Source: Jimgerdemannia flammicorona | Lineage: Eukaryota | DNA: 37,887 bases | Assembly: GCA_003990765.1 (NCBI GenBank) | Contig: RBNJ01000175.1 | Span: forward strand, 1 to 37,887 | Reading direction: 5' to 3' | Part shown: piece after piece, positions 24,755 through 37,857 of the stretch | Layout of the letters: each line of letters begins with the position of its first letter | Position numbering within the stretch: the stretch's first letter is position 1 | Notes under the pieces: generated by a model | The model's input: the letters and a program-made list of their open reading frames with translations, nothing else | Told to the model about the DNA's origin: nothing | Databases searched by the model: none | Made by a program: the position numbers and the translations under genes

Positions 24755-25739
24755 TTTAGAGAAAAGTGATCATACATATGCTAATGACTGAATGTATATG
24801 CTCAAATCTCTAGTATATATACAAGACTATATTAGAGCTAGATAATAAAGTCTCTGCTATCTCAAATAGAGTGACAGATAAAGAAAAAACCCTCCAAAAG
24901 ATACAGAACAGTAGATAGGGTCTGGTACTCTCTAATGGAGTGAGTGAAGAACTTATATATGAGATAGAAGAAGATCTCCAATATCCCACTACTCAAGTCT
25001 ATAGACCTTGATTGGATTATCTTTTCAGCTCTTAGTTCTAGTTAAGTATAGTCTAAATATACAATTTAGATAGCCTCAGACCTCTCAATAATTCCAAATA
25101 ATCAGAATCTAACCTTTTATCACTAAGAGTAACTAAGAGTAATACCTACTATCTAACTATCTTATATCAATCAGAAGGCCCCACTAATATAATATTTATA
25201 ATAATCTTGATGACTATCAATTGTCTGACATATAACTAGTCTACTATAATTATTCTTTTATCTATCTGTAATAATTATCTCCTCTTCTATTCTGATACTA
25301 TCTAAAAAAAAGTTATCTATACCAGAACATTGCTCACCAAGAAGCTCACCAAGCTCAGAGAGCTTATTATAAATATATACTAAAGATTTACTATAATCTT
25401 TACTGATATTTGATACATAAGATTAGCAAACTCTTTATATATATAGTCTATAATATACTAAAATAATATCTTATTAATAATAGCAAAAGAAAGAAAATAT
25501 TATACTAAAATAGATATACTCTAGATATATTCAAAAGTATCAAAAACTATAGAAAAGTAAAGAAAGTACTAATCTAATATTAATAAAAGGGCAACTGATT
25601 ACTATTGTCTTTCTCTCACTATTATTTAGTAGATACAGTAAATCACACTGAGATAGAGGGGGTAAAGTTAGAGGAAAAGAGATTCAAATAATTATTCACC
25701 AATATCTTATAACTAATATAATAGTAGAGAAAGAAGCTA
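24755..25739. other. ~985-bp heavily mutated segment of unknown origin between the LINE B 5' end and the right-hand TSD
   Basis: No visible similarity to the LINEs or Myb genes; CpG-free and TpA-rich; enclosed by the duplicated target 18983-19000 / 25740-25756. Confidence 0.55.
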
Positions 25740-26201
25740 TCCTTGTTCAACTCTCTAAACTATAGTTTGCTAACTCAATTTTCCATTCTGAGTGGTATCT
25801 AATAGTTTCTATTCCTCTTTAGACAACTAGGCACCAGATTACTGAGGCAGATTTCTCACAGTTGGTTGATAAGTATATAACTGAGTAGAGACTTAATTTC
25901 AAAAAATTGCAAAAACTATATTGGGTTACTTTCTCTTATAGATGACAGAATTTGTCCTTGGTTTAAGAGAGAGATCTGTCACTAATAGGTTTTTAATCAT
26001 ATATAACTAATATCATAAGTCTGGTAAAGTATAAAGATAAGGCCTTAGATATGTAATTAAAGATATATTAGATAATAGTCAATTAGAACTAGCAGAATAT
26101 ATAGGTTTTTCTGAGAATATTGTCCTCTTTGTTAAACTAAGCTTTATATAGAGAATTTTTAAAGTAACTGATCAAATAATGAGAAAGCAAGAATTGCTTT
26201 C
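25740..26201 (-). pseudogene. Myb-repeat paralogue 4, 5' part, hypermutated
   Basis: Aligns by eye to copy 3 at 17012-17508. For example ttccattctgagtggtatctaatagtttctattcctc vs tgccattttgggtggcgtctaatagcctctgttcctc, and ctgagaatattgtcctctttgttaaactaagcttt vs ctgaggatgttgtcctcttcgttggaccaagcttt. Most differences are C>T or G>A. Confidence 0.88.
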
Positions 26202-27142
26202 TTTTTTTTTTTTTTTTTTTTTTTATTCTATAGATATAAGATCTATTTATTAACTAATTTATAATAAATATACAGTTCTTATCTTATACTAATAGTCTCA
26301 ACCCAATTTACTCTACCTTAATATATTTTCTTCTCTTCACTCTCATCTTCTCAAAAATAACTATACTATTAACTATTATAATCTACCTACTACTCTTCTT
26401 ATAAATCTCTTCTATCAGATATTAATAGCAATCACTCTATAGGTCCCACCCCCTCTATTAGCTAGAAAGCATATCCACCATTAGTTCTTCTTATCTTATT
26501 ACCTTTTTCCCTAAGATCATCTATCTTCTATCCTTAAATACATATAACTAATGATCAGTTAACCCTATCTATACTACTAATATCTACTCAATAGTGAGTC
26601 ACTCATTACTAATATATTTTATTAGCCACTTTCTTAAGTTATCCTATCCATATCCTCCTCTATCTATATGCTATCTCACTCTCAGATAGTCTTTAACTCT
26701 CTTCCATAAGTTATTAAGTACTTCACACTCACCTAGCTAATATTCAGATATCTACTAAATTTCTTCCTTTTGTTCTACATTAAGACACTCCTTATACTTA
26801 AAACTGTTGCCCCCTATCAAGTATTCTGATCTAAAGTTTAATATGATATTTCTTCTCAGGATATACTACTATACTATCTAAAACTTTAGAGAAAGTTACT
26901 ACTATATCTTAGCACTCTAAAACCATACTCTAGCCCAGTCTCAAGTCTTACTAATATCTGCTGTCTATAGTCCAATGATCATAGATTCTGATCCACCCCC
27001 CACTGATACTCTATACCTATACTAAAATTAAAGTTTATCAATAACCAACTACCCAACAGAAGTCTGTCTCACCTCTATATTATAGGACCCCATTGGGCTT
27101 CTCCCTTATTATTATACTATTAAAAATCAATATAGTGAGCCA

Positions 27143-27144
<2 letters not shown>
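26202..27144 (-). mobile_element. LINE C, 3' part (old, heavily mutated; interrupted by LINE D)
   Basis: T23 tail at 26202-26224, AATAAA rc at 26246-26251, collinear with the 3' region of LINE A; continues at 32946. Confidence 0.85.
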
Positions 27145-27179
<35 letters not shown>

Positions 27180-27229
27180 GTCTCTTGGACTGCCCTTTAT
27201 TACCAAAGTCTATAATGTATACAATACAA

Positions 27230-30200
27230 TGTCACCCCTGTCCTCAACCAACGCCCCAGGGGCCCAAACCCTCTCTCTCATCCTCCCCCTGCCCAAGCAC
27301 CACCCAATTACCCACTACCCGAACCCTCCCACCACTCTTCTGGGCAATACATTACACCAGACCCCTGTGGTACCCCCCACCCATCCCCCAACCCCACCAC
27401 CAACTATTCAAAATATCCAACATCAACCATTCCCATCTAGCCATCTTGTCACCAACCCCGACCTAGCGCCCTTCCTCAAATACATAAATCCAGTGCCCTG
27501 CCAGTCCAACCTACATAGCCAAAGCCCAACTAAGGGTCAGCCATTCATCCCCAACTCCACCCACCAGATGCCGGCAGAGCTCTCCCCACCTCCCCCCTTC
27601 CTCTCCCTCCCTGGCCCCCAGCCCTACTCTGTCCATAATACCTCTCCAAAACTCCTCCAAAATCTCACATTCACCAAGCCAATGTTCAGGCGTTTGTATC
27701 ACTCCTCTCTCCTGATCAACATTGAAACAATCCTTGCACTTGAATACCCCACCATCCACCAAGTATCCAGACTGATAGTTCAACATCACATTCCGCCATA
27801 GGACCTGCCACCACACTACCCAGAACTTGGGGGGCAGCCACTGCTGCACCCATTTGCTCCAAAGCCAGAGTCCATTCCAATCCCACTCCTCCCCAATTTC
27901 AACCCTCTGCCAGGCTTCTGGCCACAGGTCCCCACCGAGGCCCCGCAGATACTCCAGACCCTCGCCAAGCTAAAAGTCCTCCACCAGGACCCCACCCAAT
28001 AGAAGCCTGTCCCACCGCCACATCTGCAGTCCCCAATCCTCCTCGGCTTCATCACCTTGCCACCGAAGTCCAATCTTCTTAGCACCATCCACCACTCCCC
28101 ACCAAAAGCTGATAAACCACATCTTCCTGCTCCCTTCCATGGCTACCATCACAAGCAGATCCCCGGAGCCACCACATGGGGAGTACCAAACCTCCCACAA
28201 CCTCTGCATGAGGGGCACCCACTCCCGCCCCCTGAGCTCGCTTGCCCTTTGCAGCCACCAGGCTCTCAGATATAGAAGTTGTTTAGTAAAGTCCACTAAG
28301 CCCAGCCCACCTCTTTCCAAGAGCAGTGTGAGCACCTCCCAACCAACCTGGCTTCGCCATCCTCCCCAGATCCATGACCTCACCATCTTCAACAGCTCCT
28401 TAACCACTCAGGTTGGAAAATCCAAATGATATCCAACATACTACAGCTTCGGCATCCAGTACACATTCAACACCATCACCCTTCTGGCAAGGGACATATG
28501 CCGGCCTCCCCATCTCAGCAAAACATTACCCCACTCCAGAAGTTTACAGTTCCACCATGCCCAGAGAAGAAGAGATCTGAACACTGAGAAGTAGATCCCC
28601 AAGTAGCACACTGGTTTACCTGCCGGCACCCCCATCCCAATAACATCGCCACCAACAATTCTGGCACCCAGCACCAGCATCTTGCATTTGTGCCAGTTAA
28701 GTTTAGCACCAGAACCCTGCTCATACCATTCCACAGTCCTCTGTAACTCTCCCACATCTTCCAAGGAGGCCAGCCCGACCACCATATCATCAGCAATGGC
28801 CCCCACCTTCCAGTTTACCCCTAAAATGTCCAAGCCTCCAATCTTATGCTAAATCCTGTCCAGTAGTGGCTCCAGGGAAAGAGTATACAATATGGGTGAC
28901 AAGGGGTCCCCTTGTGGTACCCCGCATCCCAGGGGAAAGGTCACCCCCCGGTGGCCATTGATGATCAATACTGCCTGACTGTCCTCCAAGAGGCTGATTA
29001 ATGCTCTTTGGACCCCTGGTGGGACACCAATCCACTTCAGCACTCCTTCCAGCCATAATCTCTGCACTCTATCATAAGCCTTCTCTTGGTCCAGAAATAC
29101 CAATCTGCCATCCACCCCTGTTACCCGAATACCTTCAATCACTCCATGAACTCAGACTGTCCCATCTCAAATCAACCGACCACCGACAAACCCACGTTGC
29201 TCCACACCAAGAACCTGCTGGGCAATGCCCTGCAACCTCATCACCAGGATTTTAGTTACCAATTTGCAGTCCATATCGAGAAGCATAATCGGCCACCAGT
29301 TCTTCCAGTCCTCATGTCTTCTCTTGTCCTTAAAGAGCAAAGAGACCAGCCCTAAGTGCTGTCCCCCAATCCAGGCACCAGACTGAAGAACTCCATCACA
29401 CATAGCAGTCATTTCCTCTAGCACCACACCCACCCCAGCCATCTTCTGCCAAAAATCCCAGGGAAGCCCATCCTCTCCCAGAGCTGTCCCCTTACTTGTT
29501 GAGGCCACAACCCTGCAAATCTCCTCACCACTCACTGGGTCCCCCAATGCCCCAAGTCCCATCACAGGGTCCAGGTGCCAATCCCCCAGCTGTCTTTCAA
29601 TGTTCAGGGCATCCAATCCCCCATCCTCCTCACTCCAAAGATTCCCTCACTGGGTTCACAGTAGGTCCAGAATTGCTGGCATCCCCACCACCAGCTCGCC
29701 ATTCTCGTCCAAAACTCCCTCCCACTGCTGCCTCATACATCGTGCTTGTAACAACCATGACAAGAATCTGGTAGGCCTCTCCCCCTCCTCAAGCCCCTGC
29801 CACTGCAGGCAGGCCACCATTCCCTGCAACTGCTCCTCCTCCTCCCTGCATAGTATCCCTTTGAGCTCCACCTCCTGCCATATCCTCACAATATGCCAAT
29901 CAGTCACAGCCCCATCCTCCAGCACACCTGCCCATCTCTCCATGAGTGCTGCTAGATGCTGTGAGGCCCACAGCACCCACCGCCTTCGCTGGGCACACTT
30001 TTCTTTCCCTGCTTCCCTCTAATACTCCTGAGCCTTCGCCTTCAGCCTTCTCCAGTGGTCCCCAATCTCCAGTCCTTATTCCCGCCACCTGCCTATATTT
30101 CCAACCACCTCCGATTCCCATCCCTCCCATAACACCCTATCCTCCAATAGGGAAGAATTCAGTTGCCAATGTCCAGGCCCATCCTCATTTCCCCCAAACC

Positions 30201-30903
30201 TCCCCCCTCTGAGCAGCCCCTAGTGATCAGACCATGGACACCATATGACTTCCAGCACTGACCAGACATCTGTCCCCCAACACTCTGCCGTTAGAACCCA
30301 GTCAATCCTAGAGCCCAGTCCTGCCACCCAGTGGGTGTACATCTACCAATCGGCCCAAAAATGTCTTCCTGAGTCTACTAGAGAACACAACCTCTCCATC
30401 TCCAACCAGTCACCCAACCCACCACTTTCACTCCACATGCCTCTCCCTCCATCAGTTCTGTCCAACTCCTTATCCCGTACCATGTTGAAGTCACCCCCCA
30501 TACAGTCTAACCCAACTTCTCCCAACACACCAGCCTCCTTCAATCCATGGATCCATTCCACCCTCTCCCCTCTCTTAGCTGGGCAGTAACAGGACCCGAC
30601 TGTCAGTGGGCCCCATCCAGGCCTCTTCCACACTCCCCACACCACCCGAGACCCCCAATGTCCAATGTTCCCAATGTCCCCCATCCCTTTCCAAATGAGA
30701 ATACACACTTTTCCCCTCCAAACTGCTGTGCCCCCCCATTCCTTAGTCCAATCCTGTAAGTCTACATCTGCCTCATAACGAATATCCTGCAGTAAGAAGA
30801 GGTCTGCATCCAGTCTCTTAAGCCAACCAAAAATATACTTCCTCCTAGCCGACCCCCGTAGCCCATTAACATTCAATGAGAAAATCCTAGTTGTACTGTT
30901 CAT
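27230..30903 (-). pseudogene. LINE D ORF2 (APE + RT + CCHC), disrupted by stops
   Basis: MNSTTRIFSLNVNGLRG (ATG 30903), FLLQD, GGDFN, FLDQEKAYDRV, GVPQGDPLSP, GAIADD, YLGI and CKDC...EHWLGEC. The 3' limit is approximate. Confidence 0.93.
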
Positions 30904-30934
30904 ATTGAAGAAATGTTGCAATAGAGACCCCAAT

Positions 30935-32848
30935 CTATAATTCCATGCTCATCTCATCTCCTGCCAGATCCAAGCGCTGCTCAGCTTCCACTTCACCCTC
31001 GGCATTATCCTGAGCATCCAGTGCTCCCAAGATTTCCTGACATTCCACTCTGTCCACTTCCTCCATATCAGCCCTATAGTCCAAGCAGACAGCGTGCCAC
31101 TTCTCCAGTTTCTTTCTCGAATTCCACAAGAAAAATGCTCTGTCACTCACAATCCTCCTAAGTTCCTCCTCCCTCTGATCATCAACCTGATACTCAACCG
31201 ACTCCAGGAGGACCGCCAGGATCTCATTCCTCATCTTCCTCGGTATCTCCTCCCCCCATAGGATCTCCTCCCAATGCTTCTCCTCCAACACCCTGAAGTC
31301 CTCACCCCCCAGCTCTTCAGCCACCACCCCTTCCAAGGTCTTCCACATCCACTTCTCCTCATCCACTGCCTCTGCCACCCTCTGAGCGATTTGTCCTCCA
31401 TCCACCTCAGGGTCCACCAGCGTGCTCCTTCTCACCGACTCATCCCACTCCTCATCTGGCACATCCATCAGCTCCTCCTCTCCCTCTGCCCCATCTGGAA
31501 CACTATACTAAGGGTGTACACCCTCACCCATTTTTGGCATCCACCTCCAAATTGCCCTCCCTCCCCTCCCCACTGCCAATCCAAACTCTGCCCTGGGTCA
31601 TCTCTCCCCCCTCAGCCCAGGCACTCTCCCATGATCCTGCAACTCCCTCCCCTGAGCTTCCACCAGCCCCACCCTTGCCCAACTTCGCCAACAGCTCCTT
31701 CTGGATCCTCCTCCCCTGCATCTTTTCCCAGGCCCCCTTCTCCATCCGGACCCTCTTCCCATCCACCTCCCCAACCACCATCCTGGCCTCAAACTCCTTC
31801 CAGGCCAATTTCCTCCTTGCCACTGCCCCTTCCAGGTCCTCCAGAGCCTCCAACAGATCCTCCTCCTCCTCTGGAGTCCCCTTCACCCTGGTGACCTTAC
31901 ACTCCACCAGTCCCCACCTCAGTGCTGCTGGCAAGTCCCTCGACTTCCCTGTATTCTCCTTCCCAGCCAGCCTCGACCTGACATCGACATCACCAGTTCT
32001 AAGCTCTGTGCCCTCTCAGACCTTGAACCCAATATCCACAATCTCACCATACTCCTTGACCGCCTCCACCACCAACTCCCTGGTCCTTTCCTTTGATACC
32101 ATTGGGAGGTCCAACACCATCAACTGCACCACTTGGGGGTTCCAGCGCATGCACCAGGCCATAGGTACTACAACTCCACCAACCATCACCCCCTTCTCCA
32201 TGGCTGCTAATAAGGCATCTTCCTCCTCAAACCCCATCTCAACCCCTTCCTTCTCCCTCAAGAACTTCACCAATGCTGCTCCCTTAGCCTCCTGCACCAC
32301 TAGCCCCAGAATCATTCTCGCCATCACTGCCAAGCCCCGGAAGCACATCATGACCACGAATTCTGACCTTGACTTCTTGAGTAACAGGGCTGACACCATG
32401 CCTGTCACCCCATCAGCCAGGTCCCCAGACCTTGTGCCCACTCCAAGTCCTGAATTGCCAACTGCCATCATATCTGGATTTTTTGCCAGATCCCCAGTCA
32501 CAGCCCCATCAACAGTCACATCTCCCACCCCTACTCCGGCCCCTTCCCTACTACCAGAAGTACCCTGGGGTGCACCTCCCTGACCCCCAGCAGTAGCCAT
32601 CGATGCCTTCCCCAGGCCCAGCCAACCATCTAGCCCAGAAGCCATCTTCTCCATTCTGACCTTGTCAGTAAAGGTCGACCTCTCCCCTCCTCTCTGTCTC
32701 AGACTGCCCCTCCCTCTGCCACCAGGGCCTTGGCTAGCCATTGAGGCCCCTGGCATCCCCAAACCATCTCCCCTCCTCTCCACCTGCTATTAGCCAAAGG
32801 TGCCATCACCCCCCTGGCCAGTATGCTTACTAGTTCGATCATTGCCAT
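30935..32848 (-). pseudogene. LINE D ORF1, disrupted
   Basis: Fragments 32016-32783, 31524-31934 and 30935-31468: Gly-rich N-terminus, RRM-like middle, acidic helical C-terminus. Its stop lies 31 nt before the ORF2 ATG. Confidence 0.87.
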
Positions 32849-32945
32849 CCATGTTGTTAGTTGTCAGACACCAAAAACATTGTACAAAGTGTTGTCTGAG
32901 TCTTGTGTCACCCGAATGTTACTGGTGAAAGATGAAGATATCCTG

Positions 32946-35900
32946 AATATAGTGAGCCCCCTCTACTATCTCTTACTAGAATTTCTAATACTATAAGTAT
33001 TGACTATTCTACAGTCCAACTATAGACAGTAAATCACCTGAGAACCCTCACCTTCCAGACTTACTGTATTAAAGACAATAGCTCTCTGCAGCCATCAAGC
33101 CATAAGACAGTATAATCTCTTTAGAAAGTCTATCAGACTCATACCACTTCTGTCTACTAAAGTCATCAGAATCTCCTAACTTATCTGACTTCATCTCCTA
33201 GTCCAAATCTAGTTCTTAGCTATATTCAGTAACCTCTTTACCACTTATGCTAAAAACTCCAAGTAATATACCAGATACTAGAGTTTTAGTAACTAGTAGA
33301 ATCAATATCTATCCAGTAAGAGAGATATGATATACTCTCTAACTCTAAAAGATATCTCCCTCATTTTATCACCTTTCTCTCCTACTAAACTCTGGGTAAG
33401 ATAGATCCATATCCTGATAGAAATATGCCCAGATATATACTATACTGCCTCTCTTGTAGAAATAATAGTTACAACAATTTTTCTAACTACTAATCTATCT
33501 CTCAGTACTATTATCTCATACTTATACCAGTTGAGCTTTATCCCAAAGCACTCCTCATACTATTCCACCACTCCCCTTAATATATCCAAATTAGCAATTA
33601 AGCTAAGTCTAATTACTATATCATTTATAAAGGGCCCAACCTTTCAGACCATACGTAGTATTGAAAGTTCTTATACTTTATAGTGAATTCCATCTATCAA
33701 TAACTCTAATAACAAATTATATAAGATAGAGAACAATAGATCTCTCTATAAAACTCTCCTTTCTAACAAAAATAGATTATTACAATAACTATTACATAGA
33801 ATGACTACTCTGCTGTCATTTAACAGACTATTATCAATATCTAGAACTAATAAGAGACACTAATTCTCTACAATATCTTCTTCAGCCAAACTTACTGAAC
33901 CCAATCATAGGTCTTCTTCTGATCCAGAAAGACCAATCTCCTATTCAGTCTACTTGTTCTTATCTCTTCAATTATACTATTTACCTATATCAATATATCT
34001 CTAATCAACCTATCTCTAATAAAATCTCATTACTTATCTCTTAATATCTATTAGATTACCATTTGCAATCTTACAATAATCACTTTAGTGACCAACTTTC
34101 TGTCTATATCCAGAAGTATAATTTGTCTCCAAATTTTTCAATTCTCTCTTCTGCTCTTGTCTTTATACAGCAGTGCTATCAGACTGAGATCCTATACTCT
34201 AACTCACTCTTTAGATATGAGAACCAAGTCACAAAGTACTGTCATATCTCTCAATATCTCTAGAACTCTCACCATCTTCTTCTATAAGTTTCAAGATAGG
34301 CCCTCCTCCAGGAGTTATGCCCAATTTCATAGCTAATAGGATACTCAATATTTCATTCTTCTGGATCAGCAGAATAGGTTCTTATGATGATTAATCTATA
34401 GAGAATACCAATTCTCCTGAGAGTATCTAATAGTCTCATCTATACCTCCTTCCTCCTCACTTTATAGACCTCCTCACCAATTCTTCAAAATCCTCAAGAT
34501 CTGCTGTATCTTATTCACCAGAGTATCCTACTTATCTAATACTCTATTCTACCACTATCTCACCTACTTTGCTTTAAGTAGTCTAGTTAGATACTTAGTA
34601 GATCTCTCATTTTTCTTAAGCCTCTATTATGAAGCTAAGCTACTATATCCTATACTTAAGCCTCCTCTCCCTCCCTCAATATTCTCTTCAACTCCTCTAT
34701 CTCTATCTGGGCTCATTTCAGTCTCTAATCCTCTACAGTCTCTTGGCTTAATAAATCAGCCTATTTTAGCTCTAATCTCTCTAACTAATAAGAAGTCTAC
34801 CTTACTCTCCATCTCTACTATACCCCTTGAACCTATTAACTTCCCAATATATCCTAGCAGCCTCCTTCAACTTCACCCAATAGACCCCCACAGAAGACCT
34901 CTTATGGTTCTAGCAGATAATCTTTAACTCAATATTCTCAAAATAAGTCTCTTACAACTCTATCTCTATTATAAGAAGAAATTGAGATACTAATATCTAG
35001 ACCTATTTCTACTCTCTCTAAACCAACTATGTCTCAATAATCTCTAATGATCTAATTTTATTAACTACTTAATCTCAAGATCTATTCAGATATCTATTTC
35101 CTAGCAGTCAGTAGTTAGCATCCAGTCAATCCTCATCTCAAGTCTATTTAATCAATGAGTGTAAACTTTTCTATTCTTCTACATCACTCTACTAGTATCT
35201 ACTAAAGAACTTGGATATTCTACTTTCTCTTAGACATTCAGACTACTACTGTAGCTCTCAGTACTTCTCTCCTCATCAGTTCTATCTAATAGTACATTCT
35301 GCACTATATTGAAATCTCTATTATATATATCTATATTAGTCTTAGTAAGTATATTATACTTATAAAGTCTATCCATTTACTCTACTTGGTCACCCCTAAC
35401 TATTGAGCAATAATCTGAGCTTATAACCACTAACTCTCACCCAGGCCTCTACTACTTTCTCTAAATCAAGCAGTTACCCCAACTCTTAATCTCATCTCTT
35501 CTATATTTCTATATCAGAATCCCCATCTTACTCTTTCAAACTACTATGTTACTCTATTTCTTTGCCCACTTCTATCTATTTAAATCTCTCTCTTAGTATA
35601 TATCTTATAATAAAAAAATATTTTTCTCTAATCTCCTTAGCTAAACAAAAATATTTTAACACCTAATAGAGCCTCTCAGATAATTCACATTCAGTGAGAA
35701 AATGTTAGTTATACTGTTCATAATAAAATAATATTATATAGCATTCTCAATTATCTCATAGTTCTATACTCATCTTCTCTTAAGTTAAGTATAGACTATA
35801 TTTCACAATAGCCTCCTCTTCTTCAATCTTCCTAGTCTCCAATCTAGCCAGTATCTCAGCTATTGTATCATCATTCTTGGTCTCTATCTTTCTTTAGATT

Positions 35901-37852
35901 CTGTATATATCTCCTACTAAAGCTGTAATTTATACTATTATTTTTACCAGAAGATAGTATATTCCCCAGCATTTACTACTAATTTAGCTTCTCTCACTAT
36001 ATCAATCTCATAATATTCTTCTTCTAAGAATATTACTAATATCTCAGTCTTCAGCTTTTCTCACCACTCTATTATCCTGTAATACTCTTACTCAGTACTC
36101 CTCATTAATAATTCTCAAGTCTACTTCTCTTAGCTTCTTTATAGCCAAATCATTCATCATTATACTTATTCAGTATAAGTCACTGATATTCTTCCCACTA
36201 GGGATTATAGATCTCCCCTCTCTCAGTATTGTAATATCAGTATCAATACTCACAGACTCATCTCACTTCTTCTCCTGAATATCCTGTAGCTCATTCTCTG
36301 CAATTCAAACCACCTACTCACTCTTTGCCAGATCAAGTATCTTAAACTGGACCCTATATTCCTCATCTCTACATCCTTTACATCTTTTTTAGCCTGAGTA
36401 TTAGCCTCATCTTATACTCCTTCTCCTCTTTCCAGACTTTAATATATTCTTATCATAAAGTTATTGACTCTTTATCTCTCTGCTCACTGCCACCCTCTCT
36501 CTCTGCCCCTCTATATAATCTCCAGCTACATACTCACATTTATTCTATCTGAGTCTATCTCAGCCCCAGTAGCAAGCCTCTCCTTCATGCCTACCAAAGA
36601 TCTCTCTATCTCTTTCTCTCCTAGACCTTCCTCTCCTAGACCTTCCTCTCCTAGATCTTTCTCTATTTTATCTTATCTATAAATTTACTTTTTATTTAAT
36701 ATTTCCAAGTATATCAATATGTATCTCATAAACCTACTAAGCTACTATCCTATATTTCACTACTCTACTAAGCTTCTCTAGAACCTCCAGCAGATCCTTC
36801 TCTATCTTCTCACTTCTCTCATCCTTGTTATCTTGTAAATAAAAGTACTTTACATTATTACTGTAGGCTAGTTATAAGTCTTCCTAATGGTTTCTCTTCT
36901 AGTAAGTTAGAGCTAGATATCCACATCTCTACTTCTGAACAAAATCTCCTCTTAGATCCAGAATCTAATATTTACTACATCACTATACATTACTATAATC
37001 TCTTCTACCCTCTATCATATCTCACCTGCTATTACTATAGATATTTCTTTCACTAAGAGCTAAATCACTCTTGGGCCTCACTTCAAGTACTGAGCTATTA
37101 GTACTACTATCTTACCAATTATCAATCCAGTTCTCAAGATCTTCTCTAACAGTTCTATCTTCTGAAAACTCATCTCAACCTCTTTCATCCTTTGTAGAAA
37201 CTTCATCAAAGCTATCTTAGTTATTTGTTTCATAATCAGATCTAAAACGATCTTAGCTATTACTATTAGCCCCCTAATATACAATATGATAGTGAATTCC
37301 AAGATTAACTTCTTGAGTAATAAAGTCACTATCAGATCCATTAGAGTTCTCTTTTTCATTATATCTTATCTATTCAGTCTTACTATCAGTAGTTATATGA
37401 AGATTTTTTTTATCAGATCTCCTGTTATACTACTATCAGCAATCACTCCTCTGCCTTCTGTAGTAGTCCCACTAGCCCCTACACCCACCCTGTCAGTTGC
37501 TGACCTACCAGTTCTTCTAGTACTCACTCTCTAGCCTTATTACTCTATATATCTCCAGATCAATCCCCTGCCTTCATTTTGTTAGTAAAACTCATCAATC
37601 TCTACCCTCCTCTACTCATACCAGGTAGCTGACTTTCACCCAGTTCTTCTTGCCCACCCTCAATGCTGAAAAGCCCCATCTCTATGCTATAACCTCTTCT
37701 AATATATTGTTAGTTAAAGGTCTCAGATCTACCCAACCTAGTATACCTGTCAGAACTCCCATGCATTATTATGTTTCTAGTACCTTTTCTCCAAAAACTG
37801 TATAAAAAGTGACAAAAGGTTTGTGTAATGTGAATTGTATTAGAGAAAGGTA

Positions 37853-37857
<5 letters not shown>
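32946..37857 (-). mobile_element. LINE C, 5' part (heavily mutated, A-like subfamily)
   Basis: Resumes collinearity with LINE A after the TSD. RT FADD is mutated to FIND (33631-33620), the ORF2 start MNSITNIFSLNVN is at 35721, ORF1 relic at 37078-37359, and the 5' terminus resembles A. Confidence 0.88.
36616..36660. repeat. 15-bp tandem repeat x3 (ctctcctagaccttc) within LINE C ORF1
   Basis: Units at 36616, 36631 and 36646. Confidence 0.85.

Larger units (their letters stand above)
27145..32945 (-). mobile_element. LINE D: full-length (5.8 kb), least-mutated copy, nested in LINE C
   Basis: T32 tail at 27145-27176 and AATAAA rc at 27196-27201. 16-bp TSD aatatagtgagccacc (27129-27144) / aatatagtgagccccc (32946-32961). 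Contains ORF1 and ORF2. Confidence 0.96.

Noticed and set aside
24748..25734. Solo LTR reading of the 1-kb insert (TG start, aaaga duplication)
   Set aside because: No CA end, and the sequence after the putative duplication does not restore the D-type terminus.
26202..26224. Idea that LINE poly(A) tails always block spread of mutation
   Set aside because: The Myb fragment next to LINE C's tail is heavily mutated; lying between repeats explains the data better.
31534..32583. Long plus-strand ORFs (349 aa here; also 1382-2269, 23878-24687, 21246-21854)
   Set aside because: Ser/Pro/Thr-rich antisense shadows of purine-rich LINE ORFs with no independent domain signal.
18983..32961. Sequence-specific (Tx1-style) targeting by the LINEs
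   Set aside because: The target sites of B, C, D and F share no evident motif.
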